This document shows, in pieces, positions 31,245 through 42,500 of a DNA stretch of 59,892 nt. This DNA comes from a virus. Taxonomy: Duplodnaviria > Caudoviricetes. Made by a program: the position numbers and the translations under genes. The notes beneath the pieces are model-generated. The model saw nothing but the letters and a program-made list of their open reading frames with translations, was not told the origin of the DNA and did not search any database. Location: IMG/VR virus record IMGVR_UViG_3300021085_000033, positions 1-59,892 of that record; one strand, written 5' to 3'. Within the stretch, counting starts at the first letter, position 1; the number at the start of each line of letters is the position of its first letter.

Positions 31245-31770
31245 ACTTTACACCCATAATTGTACCGACTATACTAAAGGCATTAGTAAGCAGTATACCG
31301 AACATATTAGACCAAGTACTTCCTATGATTTGTGTATCTGTACCAGAGCCTATTGCCCAAGCGTACATAACTGTAGTTAACACACCTACACCTACAATAA
31401 CATATAAAGCAACCTTAACTATAGTGCTTATAAGCTCAAACTGTGTGCGCTTCTGCATTACCTCTAAATCCTCTAATGCTTCGTCACGCAGCATCTTACT
31501 TTCTTCTAGTGAATTCTGAAGCTCTATAACTAAAGCTTCCTTAATTACAGCTACCTCTTCAAGCTCTTTGTTTTGCTTCTGTACTTGCTTTGTTATCTGT
31601 AGTCTTTTCTTTCTAGAGGATATATCTTTACGCTTACACTCTTCAATGTATTCTTTAACAACAGGATCAGAGGTGTCTGAAAAAAGCTTAACGAAGTTTC
31701 CTTCTATATAAACCTTCTTAGCCTTAGCTTTTAGTATAGCCTCTTTTACTGTGTCCTTAGAACTTATCAT
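31225..31770 (-). CDS. Coiled-coil protein with two C-terminal TM helices
   Basis: ATGA coupling to the response regulator; two hydrophobic segments. Confidence 0.7.
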   Translation of the reverse strand: MISSKDTVKEAILKAKAKKVYIEGNFVKLFSDTSDPVVKEYIEECKRKDISSRKKRLQITKQVQKQNKELEEVAVIKEALVIELQNSLEESKMLRDEALEDLEVMQKRTQFELISTIVKVALYVIVGVGVLTTVMYAWAIGSGTDTQIIGSTWSNMFGILLTNAFSIVGTIMGVKYATDKD

Positions 31771-32207
31771 CTATATATCTTAAAGGAATTTGTTTTGTCT
31801 TTGTACCCCTCGTAGTCTTCTTTAAATTCTTCTAAGCGTGGCTCAATTTCATCAGACTTAATAATCCAAAACTGTGCGCCTGCTTTCTTAGCTTTTTCTA
31901 TTTCTTGTTTGTCATCAGAAGAAGATATAATACCAATGACACAGCCATTACCGTATTCAAAATTAATCTTGCGAATCATCTCAATACCATCAAAGCTACT
32001 GCCTATAATGTTTAGGTCTACGAATACACACTCAGGCTTTTCATCATTAGGGTCATCGGGAAACCATTCTTTAAATTTTTTATTTGCTTCATCAGAAGAG
32101 TCTAGGGCTTCTAGTGAGAGTGTTATATCAAGGATGCTGCACGCATCTTCAAATACCAAGTGGAATAGGTCTTCATCGTCTATAAGTAGTATAGAGTTTA
32201 TCATCAT
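31767..32207 (-). CDS. Single-domain response regulator (CheY-like receiver)
   Basis: LLIDDED, phosphoacceptor VFVDLNI, IISSS and WIIKS. Confidence 0.9.
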   Translation of the reverse strand: MMINSILLIDDEDLFHLVFEDACSILDITLSLEALDSSDEANKKFKEWFPDDPNDEKPECVFVDLNIIGSSFDGIEMIRKINFEYGNGCVIGIISSSDDKQEIEKAKKAGAQFWIIKSDEIEPRLEEFKEDYEGYKDKTNSFKIYR

Positions 32208-33430
32208 TTTATCTTTATAAGTAATTTAGTTCCTTGTTGTTGTTTTTCAGCTCTAATTGTAAATCCGTGTTCTTTTAATATAGCAAGACAGATATTTAAC
32301 CCAAGTCCACTACCGCCTTCATCTTGATTCTGTTTTCTAGTGTAAGGCTTTGAGAATTCAACGAACTCTTCTTGGGTGATGCCCCTTCCGTTATCTTCAA
32401 CGCATAGGGTATAATCATTCTGCATATATATGGATACAAATTTAGTAGAGCTGTCGTTGTACTTTAAACCATTGCGTATTAAGTTATCAATGGCAGTACA
32501 GAACAAGGGTTCATTAACTAGTAATGATGGAAGCAGTCCTATTTGAACTTGTTTTATATATGATGTACTCTTAAGATAATCTGTTAAAATGTGTGTAACG
32601 TTATGCTTTTCTTTATCTAGCTGTGCATCTTCTTTAACCAAGTTGGTAAACTCTTTTACACCAGCGTAAACTTTCTGCGTGTGACGCAGACCTTCTTCAA
32701 GCATTTTAAGTGGTGCTTGTATATTTAGGTTTTTAATATCGTCTTCTGTGATCCTGCGTTTTAAGGAGCTTAAACCTCTAGGCATATATGTGTTTATACC
32801 GCTATGCATATCGTGCCTTAGAATCTTCGCAGCGTGTTCTAAGTAGGAGTTTTTTTGATTTACTAAAGTCTCAGTTTCGTGCTGTAGTGTTACGTCTGTT
32901 GCAATCTTTAAAACCTTACTGTATTCTCCCTTTTTGTTTTTTACAGGCGTGTAGTGACCAAACAGCCAAATCGGTTCTCCGTTTTTAGATATACGCTCAA
33001 ATTCACCGCTTATAGTTTTGCCCGATTTAAGCTGCCTCCAGAAATTATCATACTCCAAGCTTTCCTTGTAGTCTTCGGGGACTAGCTTGCTGTGATGTGT
33101 ACCTTTAGGGTTATAGTATCCAGTAAGCTTTCCGAACTTATCATTTGCTGACTTAATGATGCCATCCATATCCATAGTTACCACTATGTTAGAATTATCA
33201 ATAGCCTTCATTTGCATATCAATATTTTCTTCTTTTATCCTTGTTGAGTTTACAAAGCTGTATACAACGTAAGAAAAGAATGGCATAAATGTAATAACAC
33301 ATCCATACCCGAATTCAGCCAGTAAGTAAGAGGGTTCACAGAATCTAAATACAATGCAGGTTTGCACTGCAAAAAACACAAGCATTATTGCACCAGATAC
33401 AATTAGACATATTTTTGATATGCGATTCAT
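32204..33430 (-). CDS. Membrane PAS-domain sensor histidine kinase
   Basis: Two TM helices; PAS/PAC; H-box LRHDMHS; N-box DNLIRNGLKY; G1 EDNGRGI; G2 GSGLGL. Confidence 0.9.
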   Translation of the reverse strand: MNRISKICLIVSGAIMLVFFAVQTCIVFRFCEPSYLLAEFGYGCVITFMPFFSYVVYSFVNSTRIKEENIDMQMKAIDNSNIVVTMDMDGIIKSANDKFGKLTGYYNPKGTHHSKLVPEDYKESLEYDNFWRQLKSGKTISGEFERISKNGEPIWLFGHYTPVKNKKGEYSKVLKIATDVTLQHETETLVNQKNSYLEHAAKILRHDMHSGINTYMPRGLSSLKRRITEDDIKNLNIQAPLKMLEEGLRHTQKVYAGVKEFTNLVKEDAQLDKEKHNVTHILTDYLKSTSYIKQVQIGLLPSLLVNEPLFCTAIDNLIRNGLKYNDSSTKFVSIYMQNDYTLCVEDNGRGITQEEFVEFSKPYTRKQNQDEGGSGLGLNICLAILKEHGFTIRAEKQQQGTKLLIKIK

Positions 33431-33582
33431 TCATTTTTCTTACGAAGAAAATACCAGCGCTGCGCTGTATATCCGATAGATATAATAAGTAACAACATCT
33501 TCAGTGCTGTTTCAACTTGAGACATAGAGATGCTAAGAGTTGTAGCGTTTAATAGTAGTACTTTGATGTCTGTCTCGTCCAT
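33427..33582 (-). CDS. Small holin-like membrane protein (51 aa)
   Basis: MDETDIKVLLLNATTLSISMSQVETALKMLLLIISIGYTAQRWYFLRKKNE; coupled to neighbours on both sides. Confidence 0.6.
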   Translation of the reverse strand: MDETDIKVLLLNATTLSISMSQVETALKMLLLIISIGYTAQRWYFLRKKNE

Positions 33583-33872
33583 TACCATTTAACCTTATTT
33601 GCCCAGTATGCAGCGCTTAATACACCCTTAGCTATATTCCTGCCGTGACGAGCTTTAAATGATTTGCGTTTAGCTTTCATCTTAGCAGACTCCCCTGCCT
33701 TTGGCTTACCTGCTGTAGATGCACCCTGCTCACCGAAGCGGATGGTCTTGATCTTATCGCCCACCTTAGCAACCACAATGTGTGATTTCTTAGGGTGGTT
33801 AGGAGTACGCTTAGGCTTGTTAAAACCGCTAACTCCTGCTCGTTCTAAACGTGAATCCTTCTTTGCTTTCAT
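33582..33872 (-). CDS. Basic phage protein (TIRFG...SAAYWA type)
   Basis: KKSHIVVAK...IRFGEQG...FKARH...SAAYWANKVKW. Confidence 0.7.
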   Translation of the reverse strand: MKAKKDSRLERAGVSGFNKPKRTPNHPKKSHIVVAKVGDKIKTIRFGEQGASTAGKPKAGESAKMKAKRKSFKARHGRNIAKGVLSAAYWANKVKW

Positions 33873-33877
33873 AACAG

Positions 33878-33918
33878 CAAAGATATAAAAAAAGAGGGCT
33901 ACATTTCTGTAACCCTCT
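33878..33918 (-). terminator. Terminator hairpin fused to a TATCTTTG promoter element (copy 2)
   Basis: Minus strand AGAGGGTTACAGAAATGTAGCCCTCT-TTTTTTA-TATCTTTG; near copy of 27139-27180. Confidence 0.65.
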
Positions 33919-33943
33919 CAGTGTCAAACAATTGGTTATAAAG

Positions 33944-34201
33944 TTATTCTGTAACCTCTTCAGCTTCTTCTACAACCTCTTCGTACTCCCCAGTCTTGAG
34001 GTCTACCGTGATTGCGCCGTAAGCTTCTTCTAGCTTTTTCTGTTCTGCTTGCAAAGATTCCTCCATAGCTGTAACTTGGAGTTGTGCTTTGTGAGCGTTG
34101 TTCATTACATCACCAAGGATCGTCTTCGCTTGGTTCAAGTTGGATACAGCACCTTGGATGGCGCTTAGTTCCTCTTCTTTGAGCTTAGCCTTTTCAGCCA
34201 T
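33944..34201 (-). CDS. Small coiled-coil protein, possible tail-fibre chaperone
   Basis: Coiled coil plus YGAITVDLKTGEY; downstream of the fibre genes. Confidence 0.55.
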   Translation of the reverse strand: MAEKAKLKEEELSAIQGAVSNLNQAKTILGDVMNNAHKAQLQVTAMEESLQAEQKKLEEAYGAITVDLKTGEYEEVVEEAEEVTE

Positions 34202-34252
34202 AATCTTTAAATATTTAAGTTAATTAACGTGGTACAAATATAATGCAAATAT

Positions 34253-34636
34253 CTATTCAGCTGTCGGTTCGTCAGCAGGCTCTAAGACAACTTCTGTAGC
34301 AGGCTCTGAGATTGTCAAAGTGACAGAAGAAGGCGATGCAAGTTCTGTTAGCTGTGAGTCTAATGAAGCTTCTATTTCAGTAACGCGCTCTGCTGTTAAT
34401 GCTGCTTTAGTCCAAGCAATCATATTTTCGTGAGTTACAGAATCAAAAGCTGTAAATCCAGATAAGTCAGCAGTCTCTAGAGTTTGCGTTCCAATGCTTG
34501 TAGCGCTGTGTGTTCCGTCTGTTACTGTTACACGCCAGTGTACATTATAGACTACCTGAGATTCGGTTGTTCCGTTCTCGTCTGTGTGTGTTGGATACGC
34601 ATCTACTGTGCGACAATCCCAAGTGTAAGTGTTCAT
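34253..34636 (-). CDS. Tail-fibre-associated protein
   Basis: TYTW...VYNVHWRV motif; follows the fibre genes. Confidence 0.6.
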   Translation of the reverse strand: MNTYTWDCRTVDAYPTHTDENGTTESQVVYNVHWRVTVTDGTHSATSIGTQTLETADLSGFTAFDSVTHENMIAWTKAALTAERVTEIEASLDSQLTELASPSSVTLTISEPATEVVLEPADEPTAE

Positions 34637-34703
34637 AGTTTATTTATTTATGTAAAGAAAAATTTTTCATCTGTTAAATCCAATTTTGTAGATTGTTATT
34701 TTA

Positions 34704-35585
34704 TTAATACAAAGATGCAGAACCTCCTGCAGAAGTTTGACTCCAATTTCCTGTAGTGTCGTCTAATCCCCCTCCTTCAGCTGTAGCTTCAAACCCTAAG
34801 CTTGTAGCTAAACTTGCATCTCCTGCTGTTATAGGAACTCCACTGTTATACAGAGTTGTAACCTCTGTTGATGTCAACAATCTATTAAACCAAAAAGCAA
34901 CATTATCATACTCAGCATTCCTATCACCAGCACCATTAAATGCTACGTTAATATACATATGCGTTTTTGCAAATGCTGCTCTTGTACCATTAGCTGTTGT
35001 AATAGTAGTGTTAAAGGCAACACCGTTCCAATACAGCTTTAAGCCATTTGTTGCTACACTTTGAGTAGGATCAAACGTTCCTGCCAAATGTACAAAACCA
35101 TCTGAATTCACAGGACCTGTTGATGAACTGTGCCATTTAGATATGTTTCCAGATGCTGAGTTTTGGTTAAGTGCCCAGTTTATGTGATGATTAGACGTTC
35201 CTGCTCTATATCTAAATACAAATCTATTAAACCCATAATCATATATAAGCATTAGCCTATTTGAATTAGATCCACTGTTTGAATTTATTTCAAATAGTAA
35301 TACGTTTGTGTCTGAAGCTGCCCACGAAGGTTTGATCCATAAACTAAAAGAAAAAGGTCCAGCACTAGTCCCAGCATTACCTGTGAATTCTGCACCACCG
35401 TCATTTTCTCCAAAGTTCCAGTAGTATAGGCTTTCAGTAGCAGCACTATATCCATAAAAGTCACTCATATCAAAAGGCGCTGTAAACCCAGCATCTAATG
35501 AAAGTACTTTTAAAGAATTACTTGTGTTACCTAACTCAGCTTTGATATCTGAAATAGTTATTTTCCCACTGGTTTGCAATGCCAT
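34704..35585 (-). CDS. Fibre-tip adhesin with LamG/ConA-like domain
   Basis: N-terminal MALQTSGKITISDIKAELG...MSDFYGY; FSFSLWIKP, HLAGTFD, KLYWNG, DNVAFWFNRLLT. Confidence 0.7.
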   Translation of the reverse strand: MALQTSGKITISDIKAELGNTSNSLKVLSLDAGFTAPFDMSDFYGYSAATESLYYWNFGENDGGAEFTGNAGTSAGPFSFSLWIKPSWAASDTNVLLFEINSNSGSNSNRLMLIYDYGFNRFVFRYRAGTSNHHINWALNQNSASGNISKWHSSSTGPVNSDGFVHLAGTFDPTQSVATNGLKLYWNGVAFNTTITTANGTRAAFAKTHMYINVAFNGAGDRNAEYDNVAFWFNRLLTSTEVTTLYNSGVPITAGDASLATSLGFEATAEGGGLDDTTGNWSQTSAGGSASLY

Positions 35586-35586
35586 C

Positions 35587-38500
35587 TTATCTGTTTTTCA
35601 GTTGTTCTTCTAAGCTTTCTACTTTAGCAGTAAGCTCTTTAACAGCTTCAATAAGTACAGCTGTAATATTGCCGTATGCAACAGATAGCATTTCGTCTTT
35701 ATGCTCTGACACCAGCTGTGGTAGCACGGCTTGTACTTCTTGGGCTATAACCCCTATAGACTGTTTTTCTTCACCTATTTTATTGTAAGTAACACCTCGC
35801 ATCGCCTTGACTGATTCAAGAGCATTAGGCAATGTCTTTACGTTTTCTTTAAGTCTAGCATCAGAGAATGCTGTAATATCGCCATCCGCTGTTAAGTTAC
35901 CATTAGAGTCTAACGAAATACCTGCGCCGTTAAAATTGGTATAAGTAATCCTATATGCATTCTGGCTATAGTCAATACCGGCCTTCCAAACATTGGTTCC
36001 ATCATCGTATTCGGTAAACGCATCTGCAGAAACACCGGATATTAGCATCGCACCAAATGTTGAACCTGCTACGTGTAGCTGCCTAGAGGGACTCGTAGTC
36101 CCGATACCAACGTTGCCGGTGTTGGTAATACGGAAATGTTCGTCCGCATTGGTGCTTACAGTAAAGTTATTTGTATCTAACGAAACATAGTTCCAAGTAC
36201 GGCTATCCGTACCTATTGCAAGTATTTGAGTTCCATCATTTGTCGGTCTAATATATGAGTTGGTTCTGCTCATATAAAATCCATAGCCGTGCATACGTGT
36301 TTCAGAACCATCACTGAAGACAGACTGAACATAACTATCAGAAGTGCCGTCACCTGATTTTATGTTTCCTATAACCTGTAGTTTCTGAGCAGGACTCGTA
36401 GTCCCGATCCCAACGTTGCCTCCGTTTTCAATATGTAATTTTGTAGATCCCGCTGTGTTTAGGAAAGAAAAATCGCCATCTGAACCCATTTGTATTTTTG
36501 GATCTCCTGAAGATGCAGAGGTATTGAATGATATGAATGAATTGTTAGATACAAGCGCAATATTACCAGCAACAGACAGCTTTTGACTAGGACTAGTAGT
36601 CCCGATACCTACGTTGCCTGAGCTGGTAATACGCATACGCTCATCAAATGAGCCAGTGTTGCTAGATGTAAAAAACGCAAGCGCTGATTTACTGTCAAAC
36701 CAAGCGTTGCCAAGATGCCTAATGCCAGCGTTACCGTATGTCGCACCAGTATTCTCAAACAACAGCTCGTTGTAGTTTTGGTATGCTGTTCCAGATACAG
36801 TGGCAAGATTAGCGGCAATTCTAAGGTTTGTAGCGTCCTCATTTCCAGCAATTCGCATAGTGCCATTTACATCTAGCTTGTAAGCTGGACTAGTCGTCCC
36901 GATACCTACGTTGCCAGTGTTGGCAATACGGAAATGCTCAGTGGCATCTTTGGCTACTACAAAGTAATTCGTATTAACGTTTACGTAGTTCCAAGTATTG
37001 CCATCATTACCAAAAGCCATTACAGCATTCTTGTCAGCCGTCGGCCTGATATAAGCTGTTGTTCTGTTTGTTTGAAGACCATACCCTCTAATCTCGGTAT
37101 AAGCTCCATCGCTATGGTATGCTCTAATCGCCGTATCTATTCCGGCGGAGCCGTCGCCAGTTTGAAGGTTAGTAGAAGGGCTATTGGTTTTTATACCAAC
37201 GCCAGTAGAGTTAGCCATCATCCAAGTGATGTCTAGATCATCAGTAGCTGGTTGGTCGTATTCAGTATCCGTTCTACCAACTTTAAACAGGTTGTCGCCA
37301 ATTTGAACAGCGCCGTGAGCTGTTGCTGAATTCCCCGGTGCACGCAGCATCAGGTAATCGCCGGAGGTAGATCCCCACCCAACAGTCATCATTGCTTGCC
37401 AAGGCTCTACCCACCCGCTATTATAGTAAGCCAGTGGGTTGGTGTTTGACACTGTAATAGGCCCCTGCACGTGTAGCTTGCTCTGAGGACTCGTAGTCCC
37501 GATACCAACGTTGCCTCCATTGAAATGTGAAACAGCATTTGGTCTACTGTCTAGTCTAATAATGTTTGCGTTGTATTGGTCTTTTAATGCAAAGTCCGCG
37601 CCAGTAGCTGTTGGATTTAGGTATGCAGTTTCTAAATTAGAAAGCTGCCATCCTTGTATACCGTCTACATCTAAACGTCTAGAGGGACTAGTAGTGCCAA
37701 TACCAACTCTACTCGTAGACCCATCAATAAACATTTGTGTGCTTCCACCCGCTACGAAGCCTATATCATCTGCAGAGCCTGCTCTTAACCACACGTCATC
37801 ATACGCGTATAGGTCTATTTGCCTACCGCTTACTTGTGTTGTATCTGTTACAGCACTTGTAACCGCTGAGGTTGTTACCTTTTGGATTTGATGCTCAGTA
37901 TCTCCTTCAAATGTTATCGCACCGTTAACGTCTAGTGTGGAAGCTGGACTAGTAGTCCCGATACCTAAGTTGCCGCTGCTATTCAAAGTCATATTTTGGC
38001 TTATGCTAACAGCTCCACCAATCACTGATGTTTGGCCACCCCCAGAATACCATCTATGTTCGTTACCGTTGATATAGTATGCGCCTCTTGTTAATGTAGC
38101 TCCTGAAGAACTGACAAATCCGTGAGAGGTAGCTGTATCTGGTTTTAAGCCGTATCCTATCATTGGACCACCTGAGCTTCTCACCCCACCTAGAACAATA
38201 ATATTACCGTTGCTATAGGTTCCATATGCTAATACAGATCCGTTTGTAGATGTTGCACCGAGCGTAATGCTATTAGTTGTTGAGCTTCCTCGGCTGGTTA
38301 CGGTTGCGAGCGTATCTGTTTCAGTATATGAGGTTAGGTAGTTCTGACTAGTAACCCAAGACTGTGTAGCTAATGTATTGCTGTTCCAAGTAAGTGCAGA
38401 CGTTTGAAGGTCCATTGCTCCACCTGCATCCAGTGTAATATCGTTGGCCTGAATGATGAAGTCTTTCCACACGCCATTGTCCCAGTCTCTAGAACGTAAT

Positions 38501-39585
38501 CTACCTAGGCTGGTTCCCGACAATTGGTAGTCTATCACGACAGCTTCGTTAACACCGGCTGGATTAGATCTAATACCACCCTCAAGTGTCATTACGCCAT
38601 CAACGTGCAGTTCACTAGAAGGACTTGTAGTACCAATCCCGACGTTGCCGCCCGCTTCAATGCGCATTCTTTCACTTCCCGCGAAAGCGGAACCACCAAT
38701 CGCTCTTGTTCTAAATACCAAGCCATCTCCCGCAGCAGCTATAACACTTTTTGTACTATCGTTCGCAAAAGCTATTACAGGGGCGTTTGTTCCGTTATCA
38801 CCTGAGCTTCTAGTAAAGTAAACACCACCACCAGCTTCATTAACAGATAACTTTCCAACAGGCACAGTTGTCCCAATACCAACGTTGCCATCGTGATTAA
38901 TTCGTACACGCTCAACTTGTTTTGTTTGCAGTGATATATATCCGTTAGCCCCTGAAGAACCAGCATCTAAAAGTATGCGAGATATTAAAGAAGTATTATC
39001 TCCGATATGTACAGTAGCAGAGCCATCAGACTTAATAAGGTTTCTTGCGTAACCGCTTCCTCCAAATTTACCTAACAAGCCTCTTCCGCTAGAAGCCATA
39101 TAGATACTACCGTTGTAGTTATCAAATCCAAATGTATTCCCAGATGTAACACCTATAGACCCCACTACATCTAACTTAGCTGAAGGACTAGTAGTCCCGA
39201 TGCCGACGTTGCCGCTAGGTGTGATACGCATATACTCAGTAGCAGAGTCGTTACCTGTAAATAGTATAGCTGATCCACTATTTGAGTGCTGACTGTCTAT
39301 CACTAAGTGGTTGTTCGTGGAATCCCACTTGATTGTAGAAGAACTATTGTGCCAATCTCCAATAGTTATTGCTGGGTTTGATGATTCACCACCGTTAATA
39401 AGTACACCATAATATTGTGATGTACTTGCGTTCACAGAAAAGTTTCCTACAACGTGTAGTTTTCTTAAAGGGTTAGAAGCACCAATACCAACGTTGCCAG
39501 TAGTAGAGATAACAACATCACTTGTTCCTCCAATGGTTAGCTTTCCAGAAATCTCCGTGTCTATATTAAAAACGTTAGTTGGCAT
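35587..39585 (-). CDS. Modular tail fibre with GNVGIGTTSP repeats and C-terminal peptidase S74 chaperone
   Basis: About 11 GNVGIG-type repeats; FSDARLKEN...GVIAQEV...VAYGN. Confidence 0.9.
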   Translation of the reverse strand: MPTNVFNIDTEISGKLTIGGTSDVVISTTGNVGIGASNPLRKLHVVGNFSVNASTSQYYGVLINGGESSNPAITIGDWHNSSSTIKWDSTNNHLVIDSQHSNSGSAILFTGNDSATEYMRITPSGNVGIGTTSPSAKLDVVGSIGVTSGNTFGFDNYNGSIYMASSGRGLLGKFGGSGYARNLIKSDGSATVHIGDNTSLISRILLDAGSSGANGYISLQTKQVERVRINHDGNVGIGTTVPVGKLSVNEAGGGVYFTRSSGDNGTNAPVIAFANDSTKSVIAAAGDGLVFRTRAIGGSAFAGSERMRIEAGGNVGIGTTSPSSELHVDGVMTLEGGIRSNPAGVNEAVVIDYQLSGTSLGRLRSRDWDNGVWKDFIIQANDITLDAGGAMDLQTSALTWNSNTLATQSWVTSQNYLTSYTETDTLATVTSRGSSTTNSITLGATSTNGSVLAYGTYSNGNIIVLGGVRSSGGPMIGYGLKPDTATSHGFVSSSGATLTRGAYYINGNEHRWYSGGGQTSVIGGAVSISQNMTLNSSGNLGIGTTSPASTLDVNGAITFEGDTEHQIQKVTTSAVTSAVTDTTQVSGRQIDLYAYDDVWLRAGSADDIGFVAGGSTQMFIDGSTSRVGIGTTSPSRRLDVDGIQGWQLSNLETAYLNPTATGADFALKDQYNANIIRLDSRPNAVSHFNGGNVGIGTTSPQSKLHVQGPITVSNTNPLAYYNSGWVEPWQAMMTVGWGSTSGDYLMLRAPGNSATAHGAVQIGDNLFKVGRTDTEYDQPATDDLDITWMMANSTGVGIKTNSPSTNLQTGDGSAGIDTAIRAYHSDGAYTEIRGYGLQTNRTTAYIRPTADKNAVMAFGNDGNTWNYVNVNTNYFVVAKDATEHFRIANTGNVGIGTTSPAYKLDVNGTMRIAGNEDATNLRIAANLATVSGTAYQNYNELLFENTGATYGNAGIRHLGNAWFDSKSALAFFTSSNTGSFDERMRITSSGNVGIGTTSPSQKLSVAGNIALVSNNSFISFNTSASSGDPKIQMGSDGDFSFLNTAGSTKLHIENGGNVGIGTTSPAQKLQVIGNIKSGDGTSDSYVQSVFSDGSETRMHGYGFYMSRTNSYIRPTNDGTQILAIGTDSRTWNYVSLDTNNFTVSTNADEHFRITNTGNVGIGTTSPSRQLHVAGSTFGAMLISGVSADAFTEYDDGTNVWKAGIDYSQNAYRITYTNFNGAGISLDSNGNLTADGDITAFSDARLKENVKTLPNALESVKAMRGVTYNKIGEEKQSIGVIAQEVQAVLPQLVSEHKDEMLSVAYGNITAVLIEAVKELTAKVESLEEQLKNR
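36089..39213. repeat. DNA-level conserved repeat GGACT-N3-AGTCCCGAT... at fibre module junctions
   Basis: Copies near 36089, 36392, 36590, 36887, 37487, 37946 and 39185. Confidence 0.8.
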
Positions 39586-39588
39586 ATC

Positions 39589-42500
39589 TTACTTTTCTTC
39601 TAATTTTTTAAGTCTTTCTTCAAGTGAATCAATAACAGACTGTTGCTTCTGTACCTGTTGCAAAAGTACAACAGATAGACGTGCGTAGTCTATACCGTTT
39701 ACTTCTCCGTCCTTATATCCAATAACCTCTGGGAAGATTTCTTCAACCTCTTCAGCGATGAGACCAATGTCTGTTTTATCATTTTTCTTAAGATCGTAAC
39801 GTACAGGACGAAGCTTCATTACATCTCCAGTTTTATCTTCTAAATCTTCTACATTCTTCTTGTATTTGATAGAAGAGTTGGAGTATGAAGTAGCTGTAAC
39901 CGTACCCGTTACCTCTAGGTCTCCAGTTATGTATGCATCATTATTTACAACTAAGTCTCCAGTGAACTCACCAGTTCCACCTACAGCAAAGTTGGCTTGA
40001 CCTCCTAATGTAGATCCACTATACTGACCTCCAAGAACTGAGTTGAAAGCCATTCTCTCTTGTAATAAACCAGTATCAAAAGCCAATACAACCCCTCCGT
40101 CTCTAGATATTCTGAAGTTTGATAGGAACTTGAGGTCAATATTTGTGAACGGAATACCAGCTCCTATACCCAAACTTTCTGTGTTTGCAGTTGGGTTTAT
40201 AGCTCCACCACCCTTGAACTGTATTTCGCTAGGCTTGATCCAAGTATGGTTAGTAGTACCTGAGTAAACCTGCATATTGTTCGTTGTGGTATTCCCTCTG
40301 TCTGTTACAGACTGCAGGGTATCAATCTCTGTATAAGATTGTAAATACCTTCCGTCTAGATTTACAGTGAGGCCTGCAAGAGACCCAGTGCGACCAATTG
40401 TAAGAACTCCTGTTCCAGATGCCCAGCTAATATTATCTACATAGTTATCGGGAACGGTTGCTGTGAGGTCCGATAGAGATCCAGTTCTACCTATAGTTAA
40501 TACTCTAGTACTAGTATTAAAAGATAATGCATCTACGTAGTTATCAGGTATGGTAGCTGTCAGATCAGACAGCGCTCCTGTTCTACCTATAGTAATTACT
40601 CTACTAGTTGTGTTAAATGCTAAGGCATCAACATAATTATCTGAACTTGCTACAGCACCATCAATAGTTACAACACCTGCTGCTTGCGTTACAGCTACAC
40701 CATTAGCTCCTCTGAATATAACAGTATCTGTACCAGTGCTAGCTCCACCCGCAACCAAGTTTACATCAACACCAGAAGAAACATTTGTTGAAACGTTTAA
40801 ATCGTAGGTGCTATCTGTATCATCAAACAATGCTGATAAGTCTACAGTAAATGTGGTTGAGTCATCTCTAGTAAACGTTGCTATACCAGTAGCTCCATTC
40901 AATGTACCACTAACTAATCTAGCTAGGTTTGTATCATCAAGGTATAGACTTAGATCTAAGTTAGTACTTGTTCCATCCTCATCAACATAGCTAAGTATGT
41001 TTGAAGATAGAGATAAAGAGGTAAGTGTCTCATCTGCAGCCGCTACAGTGATTACATCCGCAGCTTGAGTGACGGTTACATTATTACCTCCAACAATAGA
41101 TACAGAATCAGTACCACTTCCAGACCCGCCGGCTGTAAGTACAATGTTAGCACCGCTAACAGCGTTTGTAGTAGATACTGTGTATGTTGTATCAGTATCG
41201 TCTAGATACGCAAGTAATGAAAGGTTGGTAAAACCTCCGTCTTCATCCCTGTAAGTGATAGTATCATTTGCTAATGATATAGAAGTAGTAGTCTCGTGAG
41301 GGACATCAATAGTTACATTGCCACCAACCAAACTTACAGTTGCGTCATTGATACCTCTAAAGTTTACAGTATCTAATGTACCGTCGCTTCCATCAAGAGT
41401 AATGTCAACTCCAGATGTTGCATTAGCTGCTTTTAGTAAGTCGTAAGTAGTATCTACGTATGCACTTAAATCTAGTGTTGTGGTCACACCATCTTCGTCA
41501 ACATACGCAATGATATTGCTTGCAAATGAAATAGATGTAGTCGTTTCGTGTGGTGCATCAATGGTAATTGTACCAGCAGACTGAGTTACCGTAACATCAT
41601 TTGTTCCAACGATGTCTATAACATCATTGTTAGTACCATCCGTGAGTGTAACAGTCACTGTTCCATTTGCAGCACCTCCTGACAATAAATCGTATGTAGT
41701 ATCCTGAGACGATATAGAGATAGATCCTGCTGCTGGTGTACCAATAGTTACGTTTGTTCCCCCAACAATAGCTACGTCATCAATAAGCCCGTAAGGGTTT
41801 CTAAGTTCAATAGGAACTTGGTTCGCAGCTAGGGAACCGGTAGTTAAGTTGTAGTCGTATAAGTCAAGGTTTAATACTGTACCTGCGTTATCCTCATCAG
41901 TGTAAGTGATTTCGTTACCAGAGAAGGATATAGATGTTGTGGTCTCGTGAGGGGCATCAATAGTTATTGTTCCAGCGGATTGAGTGACAGCTACATCATT
42001 AGTCCCTACAATGGTTATAACATCGTCATTGGTTCCGTCAGTAAGCGTTACTGTAACGGTTCCGTTTGCAGTGCCACCAACATTTAGATCATACGTTGTA
42101 TCCTGAGATGCAATAGATATTACATTCTGCGATGGGTTACCAATAGTAACATTTGTAGATCCTAGTATACTAATACTTGAAGAACCACCAGCAGCATCGT
42201 TTAATACTACCGGCATTGTATTTGACGCTAACGTGCCTTGAGCAATCTCGTAGTCGTACACATCCAAAACCAAATCCGTAGATGTATTGTTTTCATCTAC
42301 ATAGGTTATTGTATTCGTAGAGCTAGTGAAAGATATAGATGTAACCGTTTCTACTAATGATGCCAGCGAAACTATGTTCCCCGTGCCGTCTTCATCTGTA
42401 TATGTTAATCTAGCGTTGGCGCTATTGAATGATAACGAAGTGGTTGTTTCGTGAGGAGCATCAACTACAATGTCTCCATTTATAAGACTTACAGATACAT

